Assembly: GCA_973895155.1 (NCBI GenBank)
Contig: OZ316899.1
Span: 9,050,287 to 9,114,286, forward strand
Length of the DNA stretch: 64,000 nucleotides
Source of the DNA: Marsupella aquatica
Lineage: Eukaryota; Plantae; Marchantiophyta
Direction of reading: 5' to 3'
Shown here in pieces: positions 1 to 13,300 of the stretch; positions within the stretch are counted from its first letter, which is position 1; each line of letters opens with the position of its first letter. The notes under the pieces were generated by a model. That model did no database searches. It was given only the letters and a program-made list of their open reading frames with translations, and was not told where the DNA came from. The position numbers and the translations under genes are program-made.

Positions 1-6
1 TGTAAG

Positions 7-1724
7 TTGAAAAATCATTGGATCACACCGGAAAGGGAAATGTATGCAGTGATCTACGCGTTGAAGAAGTGGGAGATTTACCTTAAGAACGGTCCCAAAG
101 TGGTAACACACACAGATAGCTTGCCGGTTGGGTACTTCAGTTCTAAGCTAAGGCTGAACCCCAAGGAAATGTGTTGGCAGATGTTCTTGGCGGATGTTGA
201 TTTCAAAGTCCGTCATGTTCCGGGGAAGACAAACACGGCAACTCACGCATTATCGCGTAGGGACCATCATTGTGTCAATGGGATCACAACGCTGAAATCC
301 AAGTGGCCAAAGGTTCTGGCCACGGCGTATGGGGATGACAGGTTAGCTAAGGAATGGCAAAGCAATGGGGGTAGCCAAGCCAAGGTAAGGCACGTTTCAT
401 TGGGGTTTGATACCGCGCACAATGTCCAGTTATGGCAATACAAGCAGAGGCGTGTGTACATCCCAAAGTCTCTAAGGTTAGAGGTTCTACAAAAGTATCA
501 CGACTCACCCTGGGGAGGCCATGGCAGACACAACTGCTATGTATCGCAGCATGTCACGGATGTGTATTGGCCAGATATGAAGCAATCGGTTCTTCGCCAT
601 GTGCAAAGTTGTTACTTGTGCCAAAAGAACCAAATGGTCTATAGGGCAAAAGGAGGACTACTACAACCCTTACCAGTAGCTGCGGCTCCATGGGAGTCTA
701 TCTCCATGGACTTCATTGTTGGGTTACCTGAGTTCCATGGCAGTAACTTCATCTTAACAATCGGGGATCATTTTTCCAAGATGACGTATTTCTTGCCGAC
801 TACAAAAATGGTTTTGGCCCGAGAGGTTGCCGGTCTGGTGTTTGACAATGTCTTCCAACAATGGGGATTGCCGTTGCATATCCTGTTCGACCACAATACC
901 AAGTTCACGGGCCATTTTTGGAAGGCGTTGTTTTGGTTATCCGGAACAGACCTTACTAGAGGATCAGGGTAACATCACGAGACAAATGGCCAAACGGAAT
1001 GGGTGAATGGTATTGTGGAGGACTACTTGCATCACTTTGTGATGACCAATCAAAAGGATTGGGCTAAGCACTTAACAATGGTCAAGTTTAGGTATAACTC
1101 GACCAATCATTCAGCAACGGGGTTTGCGTTGTTTGTCTTGGCCATAGGGAGGACGCCAAGGAAGCCCTCCTGGTTCATAAATCCGGAAGCTTGGCGGGCG
1201 GAAAGCAAGGTCCTTCTGCGGACAATTTTTATTTGAGAGCAACGCTTAGTTGTGGAAGTGGCTACCAAGGGTATGACCCTTGCCCAAAGTCATACAAGGA
1301 GCAAGGGGACAAACATCAATGTCAGGTAAGCTTTGAAATTGGGGAGAGCGTTTGGTTGCAATTGAGACCTGAACAATACCATGGGAACATAAGTAGGAAG
1401 CTGGCTCCCAAATATGCGGGGCCCTATCGCATCATATGATGGGCCCACAAGGATAATTTGGTTTTGGTGGTGTTGGAGACACCCAAGGAAATGGGCATAG
1501 GCAAAAGCTATCATGTTAGCCGGCTCAAGAAATTTGTCAAAGACAATGATCCCAACCGGGATCAAGTCTTGCGTCCGGACGCCATGTTGGTGGAGGACAC
1601 TAAGGAGTTTGAGGTGGAGGCAATTATGGACCACCGTTACAAACGCAAGTTGGGAAGGCAAATCTTGGAGTATTTGGTGAAGTGGGCTGGCTATGATCAG
1701 GCCGAGAGTACTTGGGAACCGTGA
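7..1724 (+). pseudogene. Gypsy pol remnant: RNase H C-terminus, integrase and C-terminal chromodomain, broken by stops and frameshifts
   Basis: REMYAVIYALKKWEIYL...HTD (RNase H); H-x6-H...C-x2-C zinc finger; PWESISMDFIVGLP (integrase core); KLAPKYAGPY (GPY/F motif); FEVEAIMDHR...YLVKWAGY...STWEP (chromodomain). Split over ORFs 7-972, 1003-1236, 1191-1439 and 1458-1724. Confidence 0.93.
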
Positions 1725-2741
1725 AGAAAATTTGGGTAATGCCCCAAAGATCCTTGGAAGCTATCGTAAGTGAAGCGGCCTACCGTCTTTGTGAACTGGT
1801 ACAAGCAGCTATAGCTAGGGTCATTGTAGCGTGCGAGGAAACAGTAAAAAAATTCCTTGCACGGGATCATTTTCTCCTTGGAATACCCAAAATTTGGCAC
1901 GAAAACAACCTCGCTAGCATAAAGTGACTCTCGCTAGCCTAAAAGGAACCTTCTATTTCACCTATTTATTTAACTCCCGTTGGGTTTAAAAAGCGATCTC
2001 GACAATGCATTGGTACATATTAAGTATTCCCCGGACATGAACGGTTGTCGATGGCACCATAATTCAATATATAATTCCAACGTACATCAGGCCGATATAT
2101 ATTTCGTGCAAGAATGATGGGCAGAGTTGCACGAAATACTCCGTGCGGTCATGACCCACACGACAAGCACTCATTAGAAAGCACGAGTGTAAACAGTTGC
2201 AAGCACTACACCGGATCATATCATGACAGAATCCAACGTCCCCTTCCTCATGAGTGAAGCGTGAAACGCAAAACCATTTCAGAGGATCCGAGGCTCCCAA
2301 AATGCACTATATGTCATTCGGACCTCTCGACTCATCTCCATTCCTAACAATGTTCTCATTATTTGACTTTCATCGTCTCCTCACTCTTTCGCGATCGTCT
2401 CCTCACTCTTTCGCGATCGTCTTCGCATTGCAGAGTAATTTCAATCGAGCTTGTGTTGTCATATCCTCGGGCGAGGAGGGGATCTAGTGTTCTTGGCTGT
2501 GTCTCATTCTTGCAAAGTTTTTGTCGCACAAGGAGATGTAAGTTTGATACCAGGAGACCTCTTCACAGCAAGTAGCGTTATTGTTAATGAGAAAGTTTGG
2601 TTTTCCCAGTTCTATTTTCCTTCTCATAGTTTTGCGCGTTTTGACTCGATGAGCTTGGATGTTTTGAAGGTGACTATTTCTATTTGGTAAACACATGTTG
2701 AGAAAGTAATCTGATACACAGCAGCGTTTGTTACAGACAAA

Positions 2742-3170
2742 ATGGCAAAGAACGATGACTCTTCCGCTCCAAAAGCCAAATGGGTTCTGGAGGTCCGCCG
2801 CTACAACGCCAAAACTGACGGCCCAATGGACTCGCCACCAAGCTCTCCTCTGGCAAGGAAGAGTGTACCCCCTCCGCTCAAGACTGGATCATCATCCAGT
2901 TGGGTCCCGCCTGTTGTCTGTGCTTCAACTCAGCAACCTGCACCGCCAAAGGAAACAACTTCAAGCGTTGTTTCTAGAGCACCAATGTCTTCTTGCACAA
3001 ACGTATCCGTTTCAATGGGAGTTTCAGAGAAGCGGAAGAGAGAGGAGGAGGAGTCTTATTGGAGGGACATCGACATACACAACTACTGGACATCCGATAT
3101 CCTAGCTTCGTCCGATTATGATACGGATTTGGACACAAATTTAGACGTCTACAAGGCAGCATCTACATGA
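2742..3170 (+). CDS. Small Ser/Pro-rich protein of unknown function (142 aa) with a basic KRKR patch and an acidic C-terminus; probable transposon cargo
   Basis: Open ATG-to-stop frame with good start context (aaaATGG), preceded by a CT-rich leader and a probable 5'-UTR intron. No recognisable domain. Confidence 0.4.
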   Translation: MAKNDDSSAPKAKWVLEVRRYNAKTDGPMDSPPSSPLARKSVPPPLKTGSSSSWVPPVVCASTQQPAPPKETTSSVVSRAPMSSCTNVSVSMGVSEKRKREEEESYWRDIDIHNYWTSDILASSDYDTDLDTNLDVYKAAST

Positions 3171-3689
3171 ATAGTACCCGAGACGACAATCACTCCGCGT
3201 TGCGAACCCCCGTAGTTTTACAGTTAATCTCTGTCAAGTCCGTGACCTTACAATGAAATGATCGGTAGGACACGGACATTTTGTCAGTTACAGATGTTTT
3301 GATAAATATTGGACACATATCTGAATAAAGATTCAAAAGTTTTTTCAATTTCATGAGTGCATACCTTGCTAGCGAGATCGCTAGTAAATATTGTCTACCG
3401 GTACTTGAGTGATTTCTGTTGTGGATGGCATGCAATCACTCCGTGTATGTTAAACTTTCACAGAAGTTTGGTTGAATTAAATCTTTATATGTGTTGTTAA
3501 TTGTTAGCGACATCGCTAGTTAAAATAAGCAACATTTAGGACCCACACTTAATATACAGAAGGTCCTCACTAACATACCATCAGCATTCTTATTACTTGG
3601 AAAGTGTCCGTTGTTCAAGTTTTGAAACCTGGAATGTGACAAAAACAGGTACCCGTTAACGTCCACCTTAACGGATAAAAGAGATGGAC

Positions 3690-6600
3690 TCAACTACTGT
3701 GTAATGGAATCAAACTCCTCAATTCACCAACAGTCAGAATTGGCTGTTTCACAAGATCGTCTCTCTCTAGATTAAGCAAAAACTTATTTAAGTACACCCA
3801 GAGGAGATGTTTACAAGACATGTAGGGTCTTCCTCGCATGTGCCTCTTGTAGAAGTCATCACAAGAGCAACAAGGGAAGCAGCACACTTGAACCCAGTAG
3901 TTGTGTGCAATTCTAGAGTCACTCTCGTGAGTAGCGATGAAATATTGCCATCCCCATCCGTTTCCTGTGCAAATCTTGTCACTTCCAATGACTCTCATCT
4001 GTTCGACAGTCGCAGATCGGATGCGTTTAAGAAGCTCCAGGGTGTTCTGGAAATGTTGCCGAACGCCTTTCCCATTCCGAGTCTTCAATCGACGATTTGG
4101 ATAAGCAATGTCAACCCTTTCGGGGAAGGCGTTCACATCAATTCGGAGGTCAAGACGACTTGCAGGAGAGAATGACCTGATTGGCGTCGCATCATAGTAT
4201 AATAACCCTCTGATTTGAAAGCCATTTTGAAGGAGAAAATCAATCTCTTCAGGGGTCAGCCTAGTTCCTCGTTGGACTTACAGTGCCTCAGGTGGTTGCG
4301 GGAGCTGGGCAAGAGTCCTTCTTCCACCTGTTTTATGGCACTTATTATTCAAACAGAAGTACAGAAGCTGACAATGTGGGGAGGACAACCTCAATCCGTG
4401 AATGGCCACACCAACAACTCCAGTCTGGAATGCCTTATATCCAGTTTTCTTGATCAGATTACGACATTCTTCTCTACCAAAGACACTCCGATCCACTAGC
4501 CCATTGCACACAGGTCCACTCCCTTTCCCACTTCGTCTCAAATGCCAGGTCCCATACAAAACATCAACCTCTTCAATAAAAGGGATCCTTTGGGGGGCAT
4601 CCCGAATCCGATCCTGACTATTTTGAGGAGATGGTATTTCTCCAACATCATTTGTAATCGATGTTCCTTCTACATCTGTTCCAGGGCTTCGTTCTTCACC
4701 ATCATCTGAGATATTGATAACTTCACGAGGGAGAGCATCTGTCTGGCGGGTGGGACTGTTTTCATTATCAGGAATACACGACGGTCCCCCAAGGTCAGAA
4801 CCACTTCTGAAACTACTGAATTCAGTGTACAGATTCCTTCTTTTCAAGCTTGACGGAGACGTTACTATACGCAATATTTTATCATGTCGATGAGAATCAT
4901 TCTCATGAATAGATGCGGAAGCATTACCCTTCCGTTTTCCTGACATTGTCCAAATATCCCCATGTAAAGGCTCTGTTCTATAGAACTCATACTTTCCAGA
5001 GGATTCAAATAGTAGATTGGATGCCTTCTCGTAGGCATCCAACGATCCCATCGTATCTGCATTGCGATAGGCCAACTCAAATATTGTAGGACCATTACCA
5101 CGATGACATCCTTCCATATACGCGGTGAACGCGGCAATCTGTCCAACTGCTCAATTCTGATCAACTTCACATGCTTCCATCAAACCAATTCTCTTCTTCG
5201 GTTGGCACGATCGCATTGAAGCATGAGAAGATTCAGATCCCGCACAGTTTGGCATCAAGGCAGACTCTTTTGCATTTTGTGTCTGCCACAGAATCAATGT
5301 TAGTCAATGTATTCAGGCTAGCGTCCTCGCTAGCAAAAAGCACAATAGTTACAGACTAGCTAGGGTTAAAACAATGATATTTAGGCTAGCAATCTCGTTG
5401 GCTTAAATGGATCATAAATGATGGATAAAACTTACCACTCGAATAAAATTTCCCCATTGTCTCCATCGAACAACCCACCATGAAATCCAACCTTGAAGGG
5501 ATTTGAGCTTTGAAGGATGACAATTCCCCTCTTTTCACCATTTCTGAATGTCGTCTGCAATTCTATACGCTTCGACGTAAGTTGGGGCAATCCTTAACTT
5601 CTCCCACATCTTATAATGCTCTGCATGACACCCCTCCTTGATGCCATCCAATGTGTGTCTCCTCAGGGACTGAGAAAAATGGAAAGCATCGTTGTGCTCT
5701 TTCATAGGATTTCGAATACCACCAAAAAAAACTCGTCGTATAGCAATCCAACCAGCCTCTGCATTGTCGGCTTTGAATCCTCCAATAACAAGATTATGCA
5801 CTCCATTCTCCGATGCCACATCTACCATCAATTGCCATGCAGTTTCAAGGGACTCGGTGTCTTTGGCTCTCAACTCACAAGTAAAAATTGTACGCCCGGT
5901 AATTGTGGTCATAAACATGTGCATTGAATGTCAACCATCCAGTAGTGATGCGATGCATCACGTCAAAACTGACCCAAGCACCTTCCAAAACTCCTCCAGA
6001 CTCCATGCTCCGCAAAATGTCCACACCAGATCCAGGTCCATTTGTACTCATTTTGAATACATGCGCTCGATCATTCTTATTCCCTTGACCAGGAAAAAGG
6101 TACCTTTGCACAAAAGGGAAATTATTCCTTGACTGCATTTCACGAAGGGCATCAAGTTCTCCTTTTTTGGGATTATCCATCTTGATACTCCGGAGTATAG
6201 CTTGGAACTTGGGAGCAGTGGAAACCACACCTATGGAACTCCAGATTTCCATCTCTTCTTCTCTCAACAACTGAGATGATGATTCTGGATGCAAAAGTGA
6301 GACAAGGCTGCCAATGGACTGGTTCCTCACATGTGCTGGAGTTGATACTGGATTCAATCTATGGACCCCTAAAACGACATCTTCCGCAGTCTTTCTCGTT
6401 GAACGAGATTTCCCCTTCCAAACTGGATGGTCATGGAATCCCATATGGACAGCCAACCTGGACATATGCATTGAAATGTGACTCTCCAAACCTGGCTTAG
6501 GGTACATGTACAACAGTTTTGCCGGGCAATTTTGAATACAAAGCGGCCGCTCTTCACAGATCCACAGACTATGCCACCCTCACTCACGTGCTTCCCAAGA

Positions 6601-9600
6601 CGGAAGATGTCAGTCAGTAATCCTTTCCCTCTAAACGAGCAAGCATTTTTCTCATTCGTATGCTTGAACTTCCGACATCCCAAATTCTGGCATTCATGTA
6701 GAGTAGGGTTTAAGGAAATATGAACTACTTTCCTCTTAAACAACCAGAATTCGTTCTCGTTAAGAGCTTGTGAGACCTAAAAGATTGTATTAATATACTT
6801 TGAGATAGTTAAGCTAACCTATCTCAGATTTTAAGCCTTTACCGACATGCTTAGGTCAGGTGGAAGGAGTTTTTAATACATCCTTAGGTATTGCGATGTT
6901 TATATCATCAACAGTGCAATAATCAATTCTAAAAAATATAAGAAAACAACCAAAAGCCAGACGCGTAAATATAGAATTAGGCGAGCCTTAAATGTCTCAT
7001 CTCCTCTTGCCACTTAGCAATCTATGACTAAGTTAGGCACGATTAAGAGTCAATAGAGAGTTTGACTAAATTAGGCTGATGCCTAAAGCTAATCCTTAAA
7101 GCCAACCATCTAAGAATTTGTAAAATATGCATATAAGATAGCCCGTATTAACTTTCTGGCCTATGTCAAGGCAAAGGTGGTACTGGTTACTCCGAACTAA
7201 CTTATTCTTCTATTCAATCCTTCAGATTGCTCTTTTAGGACTACGCAATTTGTGAGTTCTCGTATGGTGCTTCTTCCACTAATACTTAATAAGCCATAAG
7301 TATTTCATAGTCAACATGAATCTTTAGACCTTTGCATGGTCTCAGGCATGCATTTCCAGTCAGCCTAAAGGTTAACTATGACATTGCTAGTCACTTTTCA
7401 TAGATTTTCTAGCAAGAATGGTCACACACTAATGTCCAAACACAAAGCATAGATCACCAAAATTATGAATCTATTACTTCTCTTCAAAGAAGGAGACTTT
7501 CAAAAGTGAAATGCAAGTCTGAGTAAATGGTGGAAACTTTCCCTCTTATATTTAGGGACAAGTCTCCTCTAAACAAAAGTTGAAGAGGTATGCCTCTTCA
7601 ATTCCTAACCTAAGTGTAAAAGTAAAAAGTAATGCTAAAGTTTGAAACTAGACTATGAGATAAAGTGCTCAGCAAAAATTCAAAGTCTAATTCTTCCTAT
7701 ACTAAGTTTTATAGGGCTTCAAACACGAAACCGGATAAAAAACCGGGTGGGAAACCAGATGGGAAGCCGGTTCAACTTCCGGATGGAATAACTTTTTACT
7801 CTTCAGGAGTTGAAGTGTCAGGCTTCACCGATGTGGAGTCTACTGCTGGATCAATGGAGTTGAGAGGGTTTGGCATGAAAGTGATACCTCCAAAGGTAGT
7901 AGTAAAATAGGAAGCAAGTAGTACATTTCTTGGTTTCAAAGTGAAAGGTTTCCAAAAATGAGGTCTTGAGATAATGTCCATTGGTGTAAGTAAAATGTAG
8001 GAGTGCCAGAGTAATAAGAATTTGACTATCGAGTCTCTCCATCTTCCAATGAATGGGTATATCTTTTCATAGTATCTTTTCATACTTATCCAACCATTTT
8101 GATTGGTTAAGGTCTTTAGCAATGGATCATGCTTCCTATTGGTCCAAAGTCAGACATCTTGAAGGTCAAATGGTGTGGAAACAACGCTTCAAAATCTTCA
8201 TTCCATTATTTGTCCGGAAATCTCGGATATCTCTTGGTTGCACCGGTTGGAGTCTCATAATATTAAGTGGGTCATTTCGAGCCCATTTTCAGACTTCTTT
8301 ATATATATCTTAACTGCATTGGAAAGAGCTTTTCAACACATTTTACAGATCTTGATTTGGATAAATGGTTTGAGAGTTATGGTAATTTTTCTACCGGATA
8401 GTATGTCCAAACCGGATCAAAAACCGGCTCAAAAACCGGATGGAAACCGGTTCAAATTCCGGATGGAATAACTCCTCAATTTCCATCACTTAGTTGGTAT
8501 AATTTTTTCCATGAACTACTGGAAGGTGGGGTAACACAACCTTGATAAAAGATTGAGCTACTTGTTGCTGAAATGCACTGATTAATTCACCTTAGAATTA
8601 GCCGTCTAACTCAAATTTGTGAAAAGTTGGACCTCAATTCCAAAGTTAAACCTTTGCTTGAGGGGTTGAAGTAGGTCTCTCCTCGCTATCAGATTTTCCC
8701 AATACCAATCCATTTATGGTTTTATTCCTCTTTCACTATTGAGTCGGATGAGGGACCATAACATCTTTATATGCACCTTGGCATGATTCAAGCTTAATAT
8801 ACTCACAGATGCTTAAATAGTCATTCAAGGTCCTCAACATGGTCATTGAAAACTATTTTTTTCACATAAGATAACTTTTCTATCCTTAAGGGCTTAACCC
8901 CTCTATTACAATTCAAGTATTCCAGCACATCGGACTTTCGAGACAGACCAATGGAACCTTGGCTTCAGGTTTGCAGACGTAGTGACAAGTTGAGTCCACG
9001 AATAGCCGTTGTTCTCTCGATCCATATCTTGAAGACCTCCTCCGCGTCCGGACTCTTTGATGGGAGGAAGTTCAAAAACAATGTTACCATTGTATGTCGA
9101 TGGCTGACTAGGAACCTGGCATTCCTTCCACTGATTCCCTCTTCAAAATTGTGCAAGTTCACTCGCGCCACTTATATTGAGGAAAGCATCATAAGCACTC
9201 ATCCGATACATTGTTGGCATGGTAAGCACATCCATTTTCTTGACCAATCCTCCGGGTTCCGAACCACCTCCTGACTTGGCTGACCCACAAGATGTGTCCT
9301 GCCTTACACTATCGGGAGATATTTCAATGATATCCGGGGCCATTTCTTTTGTAGGCGTTTCCAGATCGATCATACGAGTAGTCTCTTCTTCAGGAGGAGA
9401 ATGCACATGGTCCAAAATGATTTCAGGAATGTCATCTTTACTCGACACAACCTCTACATGAGATCCAACCTTCAATGTCCAAACCCTGTTGGAAGTACTA
9501 CTCTCTTCTCTCAACTCGTGACTACGTGTTCCATTTTGACAATACAACTCAAACAACTTGCAGATGATATCACCATCTAGAAGTCCAAACCGAGTTGTAA

Positions 9601-9796
9601 GGAATGATTCTGTCACTGTCACCTCCAATGAACCTGGTGTGCTAGTAAGCACAACTACATCTCCCGTCATTCTACGCTCCAAAACGACTTTGCAAGCCAT
9701 CTCAATCGTCCCTGACAAAATTTTAGATGACAACAAAAGAAGATGACTATGCTTAGGATCATCGATATGACCCTTATGATGAAGCTTTAATCTCAT
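3690..9796 (-). pseudogene. MULE-like DDE transposase with C-terminal SWIM zinc finger; decayed, intron-containing, interrupted at ~6786-8910
   Basis: VSFDVMHRITTGWLTF (first Asp), GFKADNAEAGWIAIRRVF (second Asp), AFHFSQSL (CxxH-like), WISWWVVRWRQWG, PNCAGSESSHASM (Glu motif) and CSCDDF...SCKHLLWV (SWIM), over ORFs 9143-9796, 8965-9171, 6369-6743, 5875-6513, 5535-5924, 4278-5117 and 3690-4136. GT-AG intron at ~5283-5435. Whether the 8965-9796 part belongs to the same gene is inferred. Confidence 0.75.
6786..8910 (-). mobile_element. Solo-LTR-like insertion (~2.1 kb) inside the transposase gene
   Basis: AT-rich block with termini TGTATTA...TATTACA, a TATA-like ccctaaatataagagg on the minus strand (~7542-7557), and a ~65-bp internal repeat (7728-7793, 8409-8473). 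Coding-like sequence flanks both sides. No matching TSD found. Confidence 0.5.
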
Positions 9797-10322
9797 TTCA
9801 TCCCAACGGAAACAACCAATTGACCAAATTGTCAGAGAGTTTCCGTTGATGTGACCGTTGTTTTGTCTTTTACTACTTGTATCGTCGGAGTCCTCATGCT
9901 AGCAAGATCGCTAGCATATAACGACACGCTTTATGGATATATTTATAAAGATTTTCCTAGATTTTATGTAGATATAGACTACGGGTTTCAGGCCAGCAAT
10001 CTCGCTAGCCAAAAAGTAATTTCAATGGTCTTTAATTTTACCGTTGGGATTCCGTTGATAATAGTCAACGGGTACCAAAATGTCAACGGTACAAACTACG
10101 ACCGACACCTGTCCTATTTTGTATGGATTACATACTCCCGGTCGTGAGAGTTGTTCTTCGCATTTTCCCAAAAGTACAACTAGTGATCTCTGCCAGGAGA
10201 TTTCTGTTATTCCTTCCTTGGATTCTACATCGTCTTCTGTATTCACGACTGTACCTCTTTATGACTTCAACTAGTCTTTGTAACAATCTGTACGGCTGTC
10301 CGATACTGATTGTTGTTGACGT

Positions 10323-13300
10323 TTGTCACTCATGCTGGGGTTGCATCCTCTGGACAGGAACACTCTTCAGCAAAGTACACTCTTTGGCGAAGGGTTTTAT
10401 TTCGTGGAGTTGTCGTTGCCTCCAGAGAGTATTTCTTCCAGAGGATCATTCCAGTCCAGGGAGTCAACTAGAAGAGAAACAAGGTCTACAGCAAACAAGA
10501 AGGTGCTAGCATCGAGATTGAAGACTCCAAGACGACCCAAGATGGTGACAGCAGTAGATGTTGTGGCATCGGTGTTTGATCCGAGCGCTTCGGAACCTTA
10601 TACTATTGTCATAAACCGTCATCTTTACTCTTTCAGAGTGAATGAGTTTGGTTTTTCTCTGGCTCCCCCTCGAATTCCACTCTGCAGGATGAGGAACATG
10701 CAAATTGTTCGATCTCTACAGAAGGATTCAACTGCGATAGACACACTGAAGTCCAAGTTCAGGACCCAGGGTTACATTGAAGATGCACCTCAGTTTTACG
10801 TACAGATGACCAACAAGGATGGAGAGCTCCAATTGTGTACTGATGCGATCCGTGAAACTTGGGATGACATTTGGGTGCTGCAGAACGAGGAGTTCGAACA
10901 CGAATGTGATTCCCATGTATCTTTCCACGTCCTCAAAGACAAGATGTTCTTTGTTTTTGATGGAAACCATTGACTGTATTCTTGGACTCAGCTTGCAGAA
11001 GAGCATCCGGAAGATACTAAGTACCATCCACGAGTTGTTTGCAAGATTTTTAAGGGTGATAAAAACTCATTTGTTCAGATCGAGTTGGCAATGCACGCAT
11101 TGAACAGGTACAATTTCTAAGTATAACATTTTCTTGAAATTTGTGTTTCAGTTAATCACTTTCTGCTAGCGATCTCGCTAACATGAAAATTCTCTGGCAA
11201 GTTGACACAATGTCACGTTGAAAACTCCTAGTTTTAGAGGCCGAACGGGTCCAGAAGATTATGAACAACGACTTGTCAGTTTACAAGGATATCATCGATG
11301 CTGAGAATTACAAACTTTTCCAGCAAAAGATGGCAAACGTGCGGAAGGAAGCTTGGTATTCCAAGAACATGACGCTGGATGCCTGCACTTATATTCTATC
11401 CGTTGCTAACATTGCATCTCAGACGGAAGACCTCAAGAAAAAGTTTGCTTTGAAGGAAGCTCAAGGGGAGCCCCTGTCGAAGGCCTCACAGGACTTAGCA
11501 ATGCGGGAGATGATGAAGGAGAAATTGGCTGATTGGAATGTGAAAGTTCCTAAGATCGGTCCATTACTGAATCCAGAATTTGGAGACTTTTTCAAGAAAT
11601 GTGTAGAAATGCATAACTACTGTGAGAATGAGAGAAAGGAGGCCCAAAGAACTAATGACAAAGGACGAGGAAATGTTTCTTGTGGTCTTGATCGAGCTTG
11701 GTTGTTCACAGGGGTGACGTCCTTATCCCCAGAACTCCGATGTACACTCCTAGAAGCGTAGTGTTGTCCAGAGCTTCGAAAGAAGTTCTTTCATCCTGGT
11801 CAATTTTCAGATAGTGAAACAAAGCTTTGGCTTCACCATTGGGCAGTGTGGGAGCAAGTCAAGTCAATTGCGTCTTCCCTCATGTCTGAAATTGTGTCTG
11901 AGGTTATGCCTACTATCCCAGAGTCCCGGATCCTTAGTTCTTCAGAAAAGACCAAAGCTTCGCTCATCCTTGACATTGAGGAGGATTTTGAGGATTTCCA
12001 GACTTGTGTGAAGACTCGTTTCTTCAAGCAGATTTGGCCTCCCAAGACAGGAGAGAAGATCGAGATTGCATTGTTTCGAAGGAGAGCAAAGAGATACACG
12101 TATCGATTTTTTGTAGACAGAGAAGTAGCAGACAAATTCTACTGGTGGTCCTACCCAGCTTGCTTCTCCCCATGGATTGCAGGAGTTAAAGAGGATCCTA
12201 TAGGTGACAAATTTGGGGATTATTCTATGTTTCCTTGCGTGGGATGTGAGGCTCCGAGGAGAATGAGCGAGTGGGAGATTCTTCATTGTCCATGGTATTT
12301 GGACTCGGATAAGTGGTCTGTCACCTTTGACACTGCAGAGAAAGCCGCTCTTCATATGATCAATCATGGATTCCTTCCGGAGTCTTACATCCTGGAGTCC
12401 AAATTGGCACCCACTGACGCTGAAGTTTAGGGTGGTTGCGAGGCTATGGAAAAGGCTTGTCTTGGTGTAGCTGCAATAGTGGATAGGAGTCGGTCTTGAA
12501 AGCCAAGGAAAGGTGCAGTGAAAGACACATCCAAAGATGGGTCCCAAATATCGGGAAAGCCAAGTAAGTGTGTCAATGTTTTGCTTCATTTTCTTTTCAC
12601 GATCTTATGTGTTTATGAAGAGACAGATTCTAATAGCTATTTTTTTACAGAGAGGAGGAAGGGTACTGCTTTTGAGAGTTTGAAGAGTGGGGCAGATGAT
12701 GGAGAGGAACCTCAGTCCCAGATGTCAAGTAACAACAAAGAGCGTAGTGGATTTAGGAAGTATAAAGCATCTGAAACGAAAGAGGAATGTCCAGATTCTG
12801 TCGGATTTTGACGATGATGAAGTTTCAGTTGCTCAAGGCGTCGCTCGGATGTGTGGGTTGAAGATGGATGGCCAGAGACATTTCCTTGCTTGCAGTAATT
12901 TGACCGACACTGCAAATTCTATCAGCGTAAAGAAAGTAAGGCCATCTTGGATGGGAGATGGAGATTGATGGATTTCTGGGATGTCCAAGAGCGTCGAATG
13001 CCCAAACCCTGTCATCATTAACGGAAAGCCATATGCTGGGATTGGAGCACATTTGGGATTCATTTCTCTTCCAACAGGGCATAGAACACGCGTTACAGAC
13101 AAAGAGGTCCCGTCCTGGAATGTGTGGAGCGAGAAGCTGCCTTATTACTTTTTTGGAGTCATGAGACCCATGCTTTCGGACAAAGGATATGTGGCTGTGC
13201 TTCATAGCTCGGATTTCAATCACATGCGGCAAATATTTACTACAGTCGAGCAAAAAAACAAATTCAAACACGTGCAACAATATACAATTTTATTATCCAC

